This document shows positions 54,969 to 64,000 of a DNA stretch of 64,000 nucleotides, piece after piece. The notes beneath the pieces were generated by a model, which did no database searches, was not told where the DNA came from, and saw nothing but the letters and a program-made list of their open reading frames with translations. The stretch is from an uncultured delta proteobacterium (GTDB taxonomy: Bacteria; Myxococcota_A; Polyangia; Polyangiales; Polyangiaceae): contig CAWDXG010000004.1 of assembly GCA_963806225.1 (NCBI GenBank), forward strand, positions 5,440,001-5,504,000, in the 5' to 3' direction. Each line of letters opens with the position of its first letter. The stretch's first letter is position 1. Both the position numbers and the translations under genes were made by a program.

Positions 54969-55775
54969 ATGGGCGAGACGCGGGAGCTCCGGATGCCGGA
55001 CGGCACGCGCATCGCGTGGGACGAGCTCGGCGACGGCCCGGCCGTGGTGCTCGTCCACGGGCTCGGGTCGTCGAGGCGGCGCTGGCAGCTGGCGCAGCAG
55101 GAGATCGCCGATGCGGGCTTCCACGCGCTCCGCTACGACCTCCGCGGCTTCGGCGAGTCGAGCTCGGCAGACAAGCCGCACGGCATGGAGGAGCAGCTCG
55201 CCGATCTCGAGTGCTTCGCCGACAGCTTCCCGCTCTCGCGCTTCCACCTGGTCGGCCACTCGCTCGGCGGCATGATCGCCGCGCGCTACGCGGTGACGCA
55301 TCCCGGGCGCGTGCTGTCGCTGGTGCTGGCCTCGACGACCTCGCACAACGGACGCCGCGCCAGCGCGTTCGCCGAGGCCATGGTGATGCTGTCGGAGCGC
55401 GGCTTCGACGCCGCGTTCGCGGACGACCAGCGCCGCCCCGAGCTGGAACGCGCGCTCGCCGAGGCGTTTCCCGGCGGTCCGCCTCCGCTCGAGATGTTGC
55501 GCGTCGGGCTGGAGGAGCCGGACCGCGCGCGCGCGAACGCCTGGCGTGCCTGCGTTGGCTTCAGCGTGAAGGACGAGCTCGGACGCCTCGGATGCCCCGT
55601 GCTGGTGATGCACGGATCGGCCGATCCGCTGATCCCGTTCCGCGCGGGCCAGCTGATCCACGAGGCGATCCCGCACTCGGAATGGCGGGCCGAGCACGGC
55701 GCGGGGCACTCGTTGCCGACGTCGCGGGCCGGCTCGTTCAACAGCGCGCTCGTCGACTTCCTGACAAGATCCTGA
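54969..55775 (+). CDS. Alpha/beta hydrolase
   Basis: LVHGLG, YDLRGFGES, GHSLGG, HGSADPL, GAGH. Confidence 0.92.
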   Translation: MGETRELRMPDGTRIAWDELGDGPAVVLVHGLGSSRRRWQLAQQEIADAGFHALRYDLRGFGESSSADKPHGMEEQLADLECFADSFPLSRFHLVGHSLGGMIAARYAVTHPGRVLSLVLASTTSHNGRRASAFAEAMVMLSERGFDAAFADDQRRPELERALAEAFPGGPPPLEMLRVGLEEPDRARANAWRACVGFSVKDELGRLGCPVLVMHGSADPLIPFRAGQLIHEAIPHSEWRAEHGAGHSLPTSRAGSFNSALVDFLTRS

Positions 55776-55838
55776 CATTTCGCGGGAAATGGCCCGCGCC
55801 CGGGGTTCTGACCCCTCGCAGGAGTCCTGTCATCCGAG

Positions 55839-55868
55839 TTGACGTAGTGTTCCAGACAGGCGTAATTT
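55839..55868 (+). promoter_or_regulatory. Putative sigma70 promoter
   Basis: TTGACG-N18-TAATTT just upstream of GTG at 55881. Confidence 0.45.
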
Positions 55869-55880
55869 AAGCCGGTAGCC

Positions 55881-58800
55881 GTGAGCCAGGTGGCGCCAAC
55901 CAGGTTGACCGAATGGCGCTTCCGCCCGATCGAGCCGCTCGGGGTGGGAGCGACGAGCCGGGTGTGGTTGGCAGAGGACCTGGAGCAGGGGGGGCGCGTC
56001 GCGCTCAAGGTCGCGAGCGATGCGGCGCACGCGGCGACACTGGCTGCCGAGGCGGAGCGACTGCTGTTCGTGGACTCGCCCGCGCTGGCGGCGCTGCGTG
56101 ACGTGGGCCGCGTGCCGGCGGGAGTGGACCAGCTCGAGACGGGAGCGGCGTACTTCGCGCTCGACTGGGTCGCCGGGCGCGAGCTCGATGTGCGCGCGGC
56201 GCGACCGGCAGCGGAACGCGAGGGGCTCGCGCTCGTGGTCGCCCGGGACGTGGCGGCGGCGCTGGAAGAGCTCCACGGCGCCGGCTCGGCGCACGGCGAC
56301 GTGAAGCCGGCCAACATCGTGCTCGGCGAGCACGGCGCGCACCTGATCGATCTGGGTCTGGGGGACGCCGCGGATCGAGCTACACCGCGCGGAGGGACGC
56401 CCCGCTACCTGGCGCCGGAAGTGTTCGACGCGGCGCGCGCCGGCGACGGCCGTGCGCGCGATCTATGGGCCCTCGGAATCGTGCTGGCCGAGATCGCGAG
56501 CAGCGCCGTGGCCGCGTCCGGGGACCCGTCGGGCGCGGCGCGCGACGCGGATCTGCCGGGGGCGTTGGAGCCCGTCGTGCGGGCGTTGCTCGCTCCTGCT
56601 CCGGGTGCGCGGCCTTCGGCAGCGTGGGTACGCCGACGCGCGCTGTCCGTTCTCGGCGGTGGCGAGAGCGAGGATGCGCGGAGACAACGGCGCCGGCGCG
56701 CGGTGCGCCGCGCCTATCTCGGAGTGCGGCGCCGCGAGCTGCTCTCGGCTGCGCGCTACGCGCGCGGCGCGGTGCGCGTCGAGGGCGAGCCCGGCTTGTG
56801 GCTCACGCGCGCGTCGGAGCTGGCGCGGCGGGTGGCGGCGCTGGGAGGACAGCTCATCGATCGCGAAGCCCCGCCGCTCCCGCCGCTGGACCCGCTCGGC
56901 CGCTCTCGCTGGCTGGTCGCGCTGGTGGGCCCGGCGGCTGCGGCCTGGCCCCCGCTGGAGGTCGCTTCCGACGCGGCGCTCGCCGAGCGCCTGCTGGCCG
57001 CCTGCGACCACGCGGAGCCTTTGAGCTTCACTCTTCCCGGGATCGAGCAGGGCAGCCCGCTGGCGCCCGCGCCGCTCGATGCGGAGCCCGTCGCTATCGC
57101 GCTCGCGCTCGGCGAGGCCGGCGTAGATCCGGCCGTGCTCGACGTGGCCGAGCAGCTCGTGCTTTCCGGCGAGGCGCCCCCTCTGCTCGGTCTGGCCCTC
57201 GGCCGCGTGCTCAGGCTCCGCGGTCAGCTGGGCCGGGCGCTGTCGGTGTTGTCGAGGGTGGATCGACCGGAGGCGGCGCTGGAGGCTGCAGAGGCGGCGC
57301 GTCGCGCGGGCGCGCTGGAGCGGGCGGAAGAGCTGCTGGACGCGGTCGACGAGTCGACGTGCGAAGCGCCGGCGCGCGCGCGGCTGGCAGCGACCCGTGC
57401 GCGCATGCGGCTCGATCGCGGGCAGCCCGGAGAGGCGATCGAGCTGCTGGACAACGCTCCGTCGTCGGCCGCGACGTTCGAGACCCGCGCGCTGTGCGAG
57501 CTTGCCATGGGAAAGCGCGACGAGGCGGAGCGCAGCCTGGCCCGGGCCCGCGCGCTTGCCGACAGCGAGGAGCAGCGCGCGCGGGTGGCGGGCGTCGAGG
57601 GAACGCTCGCGCACCATGGCTGGGGCGACGCCGAGCGCGAGCTCCGGGCGTTCCAGCGCGCGGCCGAGCACGCGGCGCACGCCGGCGCGGTGCTGGAAGA
57701 GGCGACGTATCTGACCGGCGTCGCCGCGGCGGCGACGAACCTCGGCGAGCTGGGCGCCGCGCTCTCGGCGGCCGGGCGCGCGACGCTGCTGTTCGAGTGT
57801 CTGGGGCGGAGCGCGGAGGCAGCGCGCGCGGCGCTGGCGCGCGCGTCCGTGTTCACGGTGGCGGGCGCGGTCGCCGAGGCGCGCGAGGCGGCGGCCGACG
57901 CGATCGCGCGGGCGCGCGGCGCAGCCGATGCGCGCTGCCGTGCCTACGCGCATCTCGACCTCGCCGACGTGCTGCCCGACGACGACCCGGAAGGCATCGA
58001 ACACGCGCGGCGCGCCGAGGCGTTGCTCGCCGACCCATCGAAAGACGACGCGCTGCGCGTGGGTGCGCGTCTGCTCCGCCGCGGACAGCGGCTGGACGTC
58101 GCAGCGCTGGACCGCTCGGGGCGCGACGGCGGGGTGGGCGTCGACGCGCGGCTCGAGTGGTGGGGAGCGCGTGCGCACGCTGAATCGCGGCGCGACCAGC
58201 CGGTGCGTGCGGACGCGATCCTGGCCGGGCTGGAATCGCTGGCGACCGAGCGTTCGCCGATCGCCGTGCGCGGGCCGGCGCTGGCGGCGGGGGCAGGGCT
58301 CGCAGCCCGCGTCGGCGACGGCGATGCGGCGCGCCGGCTGGCCCAGGCGAGCGGCGAGGCGGCGCGCGAGCTCACGCGCCGCGCTCCGCCGGAGCTGCGC
58401 GCGTCGATCGCCGGGCTTGGATGGGCTCTGTCGGTGCAGTCGCCGCGGGAGAGCAGCATCGCGCCCGAACAGCTTGCGGACATCGAGACGCTCGTGCGCG
58501 CGCTCGGCCGCCGCGACCGCCTGCGCCCGCTGCTCGACCAGGTGTTGGACGCGCTGGTGCTGTGGACGGGGGTGGAGCGCGGGCTCCTCTTGCTCCGGGC
58601 GCCTGGCGGCAAGCTGGTGCCGCGTGCGGCGCGCAATCTGGCCAGGAGCGACCTCGAGGGCGCACAGCTCGAGCTGAGCCACAGCCTGGCGGAGCGAGCG
58701 CTGGCCGAGCGCGAGACCGTGGTGGCGGTCGACGCCGCGGGCGAGATGCCCGAGGTACACGCCAGCGTACACGCGCTCAAGCTGCGCAGCGTGCTGGCTG

Positions 58801-60056
58801 TGCCGCTGGTGGCGCGGGGCGAGGCCCTCGGCGTGGTGTACCTCGACGACCGCGTGCGACGCGGGGCGTTCGGGCCGCGCGAGCTTGGTTGGGTCAGGCT
58901 GGTGGCGGCGCTGGCGGCGGTGGCCATCGCCGATGCGCGCGACCAGCTCGAGCTCAGGCGCGCCGCGCGTCGCGCGCGCCGCGCGGAAAAGCGGCTGGCC
59001 GAGACGCTGGCGCGGCGCGAGGCCGAGCTGGACGTGGCGGAACGCGAGCTCGGCCGCGCGCGCGACGCGCGCGCGACGCGCTTCAGCTACGACGCTATCG
59101 TCGGCCAGAGCGCGCCGCTCGAGAGCATGCTCGGGCTGGTGGATCGCGTCGCGCTCTCGGAAGTGCCGGTGCTGGTCGTCGGTGAATCGGGCAGCGGCAA
59201 GGAGCTGGTGGCGCGCGCTCTCCACGACAATGGGCCGCGCGCCGGAAAGGCCTTCGTGACCGAGAACTGTGGCGCGATTCCCGAGAGCCTGCTCGAGTCG
59301 GCGCTGTTCGGGCACGTGCGCGGCGCGTTCACGGGCGCGTCGCGGCCGCGCGCAGGACTGTTCGAGGTGGCGGACAAGGGGACGCTGCTGCTCGACGAGA
59401 TCGGCGAGATGAGCCTGCCCATGCAGGCCAAGCTGCTGCGCGTGCTGCAGGACGGCGAGATCCATCCCGTGGGCTCGGAGCGGTCGCGGCGCGTGGACGT
59501 CCGCGTCATCGGTGCGACGCATCGCGACCTGGGCGCGATGGTGGAAGAAGGACGCTTCCGGCAGGACCTCCTGTACCGGCTGGACGTGATCAGTATCCGC
59601 GTGCCGCCGCTGCGCGAGCGCCAGGGGGACATTGCGCTGCTGGCGCGTCACTTCGTGAAGAAGCACGCGGGCAAGCGGCGCGTGCGCCTCTCGAAGGCGG
59701 CGATGTCGGCGCTGTCGGCGTTTGCCTGGCCCGGCAACGTGCGCCAGCTCGAGAACGAGATGCGGCGCGCGTTGGTGCTGGCCGACGAGCTGATCGACCT
59801 GGAGCACCTGTCGCCGGAGGTGCTCGATCGCGGCGGTGCCGAGGCGCGCCCCGATGGGCTGAACGTGCGGCAGCGCGTGGATGCGCTCGAAGCGGAGTTG
59901 GTGCGGACGGCGCTCGAGCGCACCGGCGGCAACCAGACGCGCGCCGCCGAGCTGCTCGGCTTGTCGCGCTTCGGCCTGCAGAAGATGATGCGACGGCTCG
60001 GGATCCAGCCGCGCGCTTTACGCCGCCGCGCTGCAGCGCTAGGCGACAGCGGATGA
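55881..60056 (+). CDS. Ser/Thr kinase - TPR-like - GAF - sigma54 AAA+ - HTH fusion regulator
   Basis: LGVGATS, VALK, HGDVKPANI, DLG, GTPRYLAPE; Ala-rich helical repeats; GAF (LRSVLAVPL..GVVYLD); GESGSGKE, GAFTGA, WPGNVRQL, GGNQTRAAELLG. Confidence 0.93.
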   Translation: MSQVAPTRLTEWRFRPIEPLGVGATSRVWLAEDLEQGGRVALKVASDAAHAATLAAEAERLLFVDSPALAALRDVGRVPAGVDQLETGAAYFALDWVAGRELDVRAARPAAEREGLALVVARDVAAALEELHGAGSAHGDVKPANIVLGEHGAHLIDLGLGDAADRATPRGGTPRYLAPEVFDAARAGDGRARDLWALGIVLAEIASSAVAASGDPSGAARDADLPGALEPVVRALLAPAPGARPSAAWVRRRALSVLGGGESEDARRQRRRRAVRRAYLGVRRRELLSAARYARGAVRVEGEPGLWLTRASELARRVAALGGQLIDREAPPLPPLDPLGRSRWLVALVGPAAAAWPPLEVASDAALAERLLAACDHAEPLSFTLPGIEQGSPLAPAPLDAEPVAIALALGEAGVDPAVLDVAEQLVLSGEAPPLLGLALGRVLRLRGQLGRALSVLSRVDRPEAALEAAEAARRAGALERAEELLDAVDESTCEAPARARLAATRARMRLDRGQPGEAIELLDNAPSSAATFETRALCELAMGKRDEAERSLARARALADSEEQRARVAGVEGTLAHHGWGDAERELRAFQRAAEHAAHAGAVLEEATYLTGVAAAATNLGELGAALSAAGRATLLFECLGRSAEAARAALARASVFTVAGAVAEAREAAADAIARARGAADARCRAYAHLDLADVLPDDDPEGIEHARRAEALLADPSKDDALRVGARLLRRGQRLDVAALDRSGRDGGVGVDARLEWWGARAHAESRRDQPVRADAILAGLESLATERSPIAVRGPALAAGAGLAARVGDGDAARRLAQASGEAARELTRRAPPELRASIAGLGWALSVQSPRESSIAPEQLADIETLVRALGRRDRLRPLLDQVLDALVLWTGVERGLLLLRAPGGKLVPRAARNLARSDLEGAQLELSHSLAERALAERETVVAVDAAGEMPEVHASVHALKLRSVLAVPLVARGEALGVVYLDDRVRRGAFGPRELGWVRLVAALAAVAIADARDQLELRRAARRARRAEKRLAETLARREAELDVAERELGRARDARATRFSYDAIVGQSAPLESMLGLVDRVALSEVPVLVVGESGSGKELVARALHDNGPRAGKAFVTENCGAIPESLLESALFGHVRGAFTGASRPRAGLFEVADKGTLLLDEIGEMSLPMQAKLLRVLQDGEIHPVGSERSRRVDVRVIGATHRDLGAMVEEGRFRQDLLYRLDVISIRVPPLRERQGDIALLARHFVKKHAGKRRVRLSKAAMSALSAFAWPGNVRQLENEMRRALVLADELIDLEHLSPEVLDRGGAEARPDGLNVRQRVDALEAELVRTALERTGGNQTRAAELLGLSRFGLQKMMRRLGIQPRALRRRAAALGDSG

Positions 60057-60916
60057 GGAATGCGCCGCTGCCCGGGCCGGTCCTGAAGTGGGCCGGAGGC
60101 AAGACGCAGCTGCTCGACCGCATCCTCGCGCGCCTGCCCGAGCGCATCGAGACGTACTACGAACCGTTCGTGGGCGGCGCGGCGGTGTTCTTCGCGCTGG
60201 CGCGCGAGGGGCGCTTCCGGCGCGCCGCGCTCAGCGACCGGAATCCGGATCTGGTGGCCGTCTACCACGCCCTGCAGAAGGACGTGGAGGGCCTGATCGA
60301 GGTGCTCCAGGGCTACCGCTACTCCGAAGAGGAGTACTATCGCATCCGCGGAGAGAAGCCCCGCGCTCTCGTCAAGCGCGCCGCGCGCATCATCTATCTG
60401 AACAAGACCGGGTACAACGGCCTGTACCGCGTGAACAGCTCGGGGAAATTCAACGTGCCGTTTGGCCGCTACAAGAATCCGAACATCTGCGACGAGTCGC
60501 GCCTCAGGGCGGCGGCCGAGGCGCTGCGCGGAGTCAAGATCGTCGAGCGCGACTTCGAGAAAACGGTGCAGAAGGCGAAGCCGGGTGACGCGGTGTACTT
60601 CGACCCGCCGTACGTGCCCGTGTCGCGCACGTCCAACTTCACGGCCTACGCCCGCGACGGCTTCGGGATGGACGAGCACGAGCGGCTGGCCCGCGTGTTC
60701 GCCGAGGTGGCCGGGCGCGGCGTGCGCGTCGTGCTCTCCAACTCCGACACTCCCGAGACGCGCGATCTGTTCGACGAATTCGAACCCGAGCAGGTGCTGG
60801 TGAGCCGCATGATCAACTCGCGTATCACCGGCCGCGGACCCATCGGCGAGATCCTCGTCAGCGCGGGGCCCGAAACGGCGAAGCCGGCGAAGCGACGAGC
60901 TGGGCGGGCGCGCTGA
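60053..60916 (+). CDS. dam: Dam-family (D12 class) DNA adenine methyltransferase
   Basis: LKWAGGK, YYEPFVGG, YLNKTGYNGLYRVN..GKFNVPFG, YFDPPY, LSNSD; ATGA overlap with upstream regulator. GATC specificity not proven. Confidence 0.9.
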   Translation: MRNAPLPGPVLKWAGGKTQLLDRILARLPERIETYYEPFVGGAAVFFALAREGRFRRAALSDRNPDLVAVYHALQKDVEGLIEVLQGYRYSEEEYYRIRGEKPRALVKRAARIIYLNKTGYNGLYRVNSSGKFNVPFGRYKNPNICDESRLRAAAEALRGVKIVERDFEKTVQKAKPGDAVYFDPPYVPVSRTSNFTAYARDGFGMDEHERLARVFAEVAGRGVRVVLSNSDTPETRDLFDEFEPEQVLVSRMINSRITGRGPIGEILVSAGPETAKPAKRRAGRAR

Positions 60917-61045
60917 GCAACGAAGCGCCCGCGTTGGCTGTACGCGCACAAAAGCGGCCGCAGACGACGATCCCAGTTTCGATATGGAATCTGGATTCTG
61001 ACTGTGCGCACGGTTGCCGCGGAGCACCGCTGGTTGTCGCACATC

Positions 61046-62026
61046 ATGCGCGTGGGGCGCACATCAGGAGGGTTCCCGCAGTTTGCAGCGGGGCGTTGGC
61101 GGGCGGATGATTTCTTCGTGCGGGCGAGCTTCTCGAGGCGGGGCAGGATCGTCGCGTTGGCGAATGTCGCGTTCGCGGTCGCGTTGGCCGTAGCGACGAA
61201 TGGCTGCTCGCTCTGCTTTTCGCAACCCCCGGAGAATCCCCGGGACACCAGTTGCCACGCGTCTGCTGCGCTCTCGGCTGTTGATCTGGGGAGCAGCATG
61301 GCCGCTTCGATGCTGTTCATCAGCCCGCCCGGGGCTCGCGATAGCCAGGTCCGGCACGCGGCAAGGGTGCTTGCAGTAGGTACTGCGCTTGTCTTCGGAG
61401 TGTCCGCCGTCGGGGGCTTCGTGGCGCACTCGAAGTGCCAGGACGCAAGACGAGCTGCGAGAGGCGAGGCGCACTCGGCGCGCAACGACGAGGCTTCCAT
61501 GGACCGCGACCTCGCCGCGCTGCGACTTGCCAAGGCCGGCCCCGTTGGAGGCTGGGGCTTCGCGTTCGGGATGCCCCAAGGGCAGGCGCGTGCGGTGTGC
61601 GTGACGTCGGGCTACTGGGTGACGCCCGGGGCGGACGGATTCTGGTGTAGTGGCGTGCCGGGGCGCGCGCCTGTACCGGGCGTTTTTGTGCGAGTGCGGG
61701 CTTCCGGCGGGCGCGTTGGAAGTGTGGAGCTGGTGTCGCGCGCGGAGAACAGCCCCGCGTGGGCGTGGGTGAAGGCATTTGAAACGTATCACCGCGAGCT
61801 CCACGGCATGTGGCTGGATCCGGACGACGTGGACGTCGTGCAGCCGGACGAGTGCCGCAAGCGCGAAGCGTTCCTCGATTGTCTGCGTTCGGGCAGGGCG
61901 TACAAGCGCGAGACGTGGCGCTGGGCGGGGGGGCGTCGCGTGGTGCTCGAGCTCGGTGCGCGCCCGGGCGAGGGGGTTGCGATCCGCGTGCTGTACGACA
62001 GCGGGGTCTTCGCTCGGCCGCGCTGA
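61046..62026 (+). CDS. Hypothetical membrane protein (start uncertain)
   Basis: Hydrophobic segments followed by a Cys/Trp-containing domain (GGWGFAFG..C...FWCSG..EC..FLDCL..W). Confidence 0.55.
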   Translation: MRVGRTSGGFPQFAAGRWRADDFFVRASFSRRGRIVALANVAFAVALAVATNGCSLCFSQPPENPRDTSCHASAALSAVDLGSSMAASMLFISPPGARDSQVRHAARVLAVGTALVFGVSAVGGFVAHSKCQDARRAARGEAHSARNDEASMDRDLAALRLAKAGPVGGWGFAFGMPQGQARAVCVTSGYWVTPGADGFWCSGVPGRAPVPGVFVRVRASGGRVGSVELVSRAENSPAWAWVKAFETYHRELHGMWLDPDDVDVVQPDECRKREAFLDCLRSGRAYKRETWRWAGGRRVVLELGARPGEGVAIRVLYDSGVFARPR

Positions 62027-62030
62027 GGCG

Positions 62031-63278
62031 CTACCAGACAACCGGCGCCGGCACGAGGTGCGCGGAGGTGGTGCCGTCGCCGAGCTGGCCGTGTTCGTTG
62101 CGGCCCCAGCAGGTGAGGGCGCCGTCGTCGAGGGCCGCGCACGCCTGTCCGCCACCGAGCGCTATGGCGTGCGCGCCGGACAGCCGCGGCCCGGCCTCGG
62201 GGGCGGCGCGTGAAGCGGTGCTGCCATCGCCGAACTGGCCGTAGTCGCCGGAGCCCCAGCATCGGAGCGAGCCGTCGGCGATCAGTGCACAGCTGGCGAA
62301 GCCGGCGGAGAGCGCGACGACGCGCGAGAGCGGGAGCCGCACCGGCGCGTTGTGCTGCCGGCGGGTGCCGTCGCCGACGCCGTCGAAGTCGTAGCCCCAG
62401 GCGAGCACGCCGCCGTCGGCGAGCAGCGCGTAGCTGCGGAAGCGGCCGGCCGCGACGCCTATCGCTCCGGAGACGCCGGGCACCTGCGCGGGCAGCGCGT
62501 GGCTCTCTGCGGTGCCGTTCCCCAGCTGGCCCCAGAGACCGGAGCCCCAGCACTCGACCGTGCCGTCCTCGAGAGCCGCGCAGGTGTGGTCTTGTCCAGC
62601 CGCGATCGAGATGACCCCGGACAGTCCGACGACCGGAGCCGGGCGGCTCCGGCTCCGGGTGGTGCCGTCACCGAGCTCGCCGCTCTTGTTGTAGCCCCAG
62701 CAGCTGGCGCTGCCGTCGTCGAGAACCGCGCAGGTGTGATCGAGCCCGACCGAGATCGCGGTGGCGCCGGCGAGGCCCAGGACGCGGCTGGGCGGCGCGC
62801 TGTCCGAAGGCGTGCCGTTGCCGAGCTGACCGCCGAGGTTGTCACCCCAGCAGCTCGCACCGCCGTCGGCCAGCAGCGCGCAGGTGCTGAACGGTCCGCC
62901 GGCGAGGGCCGTTACGCCGTCCAGGTCTGGTACGAGCGTTGGAACGACGCTGAGCAGGCTGCCGTCGCCGCCGAGCTGGCCATAGCGGTTGTCGCCCCAG
63001 CACGCCACCCGGCCGCTGGACAGGAGCGCGCAGGTGCTGGTCTCGCCCGCCGTGACAGAAACGACACAGTGTGCGCTCGCGCACGATGAGCTTCCGGGCA
63101 GCGAGCCCGGGTTCCGCCCTGGTTCCGGTTCCGGCGGCTCCGTTCCCCGTGTGTCGGCTCCGGCTCCGCCGGTCAGCTCTGGCGGTCCACTCGTACCGGG
63201 TACGACTGAAGAAACGCGCTCGCTGCATGCGATGAGCACGAGGGCGAACGCGACGGGAAGGAGCCCCCCGATGCGCAT
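62031..63278 (-). CDS. RCC1-repeat lipoprotein
   Basis: LIA-C lipobox; repeated HTCA.L.DG.V.CWG.N..GQLG.G units. Confidence 0.93.
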   Translation of the reverse strand: MRIGGLLPVAFALVLIACSERVSSVVPGTSGPPELTGGAGADTRGTEPPEPEPGRNPGSLPGSSSCASAHCVVSVTAGETSTCALLSSGRVACWGDNRYGQLGGDGSLLSVVPTLVPDLDGVTALAGGPFSTCALLADGGASCWGDNLGGQLGNGTPSDSAPPSRVLGLAGATAISVGLDHTCAVLDDGSASCWGYNKSGELGDGTTRSRSRPAPVVGLSGVISIAAGQDHTCAALEDGTVECWGSGLWGQLGNGTAESHALPAQVPGVSGAIGVAAGRFRSYALLADGGVLAWGYDFDGVGDGTRRQHNAPVRLPLSRVVALSAGFASCALIADGSLRCWGSGDYGQFGDGSTASRAAPEAGPRLSGAHAIALGGGQACAALDDGALTCWGRNEHGQLGDGTTSAHLVPAPVVW

Positions 63279-63368
63279 GTCGGACAATGTCGTGACGCTC
63301 CATACATTCCGCAATGGCAACGCACATTTAGCGCGAATAGGCTGCCAGGACCCACCGCGCGAACGTCG

Positions 63369-64000
63369 TCAGGCGGCGTCGGCTTCGAGCTCGCGGAAGA
63401 GCGGACCGAGCTCGGGGCGCTCGCGCAGCGGGGCGCAGAAGCGGCTCGCAAGCTCGAGCAGCTCGGACTCCAGGGCGTCGGCGCGATTGCCCATCTCCGC
63501 GACGCGTTCTTGACATCGAGTGCGCTCCGTTTCGAGCGCTTCGGTCTGGCTGGCGAGCGCGGTGCGGAGCTCCTGGATCTGGAATTCCAGGTCGGCGACT
63601 TCGCTCTGCTTCTCGCGCAGGCGCTGTTCGGCGCGCTTCTCGTGCTCGCGCACGCCGGCCCACTTGTCGATGAGCTCGGCGGTGCGGCGATAGGCGGCGG
63701 ACAGCTCGGCGTAGGGTTCGGCGAAGGCGGAGCGGCCCTCCCAGAACAGGATGTTCGCGTGCGATTTCTTCACTTCGCCGAGCCTCGCGTCGACTTCGAC
63801 GCCGAGCGCGGCGGCCGCGGCCACGGCGGCCTTGAGCTCGTCGCGCGCGCGGCTGGCGTCGATGCCGAGCGCATCGACGGCGTGTCCAAAGCGCTGGCGG
63901 CAGTCGCGTTCGCGCTGCTCGACGCTCTCCAGCTTGCGCTGCTCGTTCACGCTCGTGTTCCTGAGCGTGGAGACCTCCTGGACCAGCGCTTTGACCTGTT
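63369..64000 (-). CDS. C-terminal coiled-coil part of a larger protein (runs off window end)
   Basis: Frame open to the window edge, heptad-rich helical sequence ending RFCAPLRERPELGPLFRELEADAA. Confidence 0.75.
   Translation of the reverse strand, partial: QVKALVQEVSTLRNTSVNEQRKLESVEQRERDCRQRFGHAVDALGIDASRARDELKAAVAAAAALGVEVDARLGEVKKSHANILFWEGRSAFAEPYAELSAAYRRTAELIDKWAGVREHEKRAEQRLREKQSEVADLEFQIQELRTALASQTEALETERTRCQERVAEMGNRADALESELLELASRFCAPLRERPELGPLFRELEADAA

Noticed and set aside
56463..59807. 1114-aa antisense ORF and similar long overlapping ORFs (31451..34495, 17296..19353, 44085..46058)
   Set aside because: Expected stop-poor shadow frames in high-GC coding DNA; no motifs, and each lies over a well-supported gene.
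62031..63060. Recurring CCCCAGCA-type motifs at about 150-bp spacing
   Set aside because: These are the CWG codons of RCC1 protein repeats, not a DNA-level array.

Overview
GC-rich bacterial chromosome segment whose gene content points to a myxobacterium (Myxococcota, probably Polyangiaceae-like; inferred from the gene families present, not from a marker gene). It holds about 47 CDS: a REC-adenylate cyclase/cheB/MutS-like operon, an N-acetylglutamate synthase-like gene, pilMNOPQ, a FliA/WhiG-type sigma factor, cdsA, glutamate dehydrogenase, many secreted lipoproteins and hydrolases, xdhAB and xdhC, a Ser/Thr kinase-GAF-sigma54 activator fusion coupled to an orphan Dam-type methylase, and an RCC1-repeat protein. 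I found no rRNA, tRNA, CRISPR array or mobile-element gene. About 15 single-base insertions break otherwise intact genes and look like long-read errors. The two most interesting systems are (1) an outer-membrane beta-barrel translationally coupled to a 13-CXXCH multiheme cytochrome, a candidate porin-cytochrome electron conduit, and (2) a ~6 kb module between xdhC and xdhA with a near-consensus sigma54 promoter, palindromic upstream sites, an unknown secreted protein, a MauG/BthA-like diheme enzyme, a CxxC redoxin and an enhancer-binding protein whose phosphoacceptor Asp is replaced by Cys. All family assignments come from motif recognition by eye; no searches were run.
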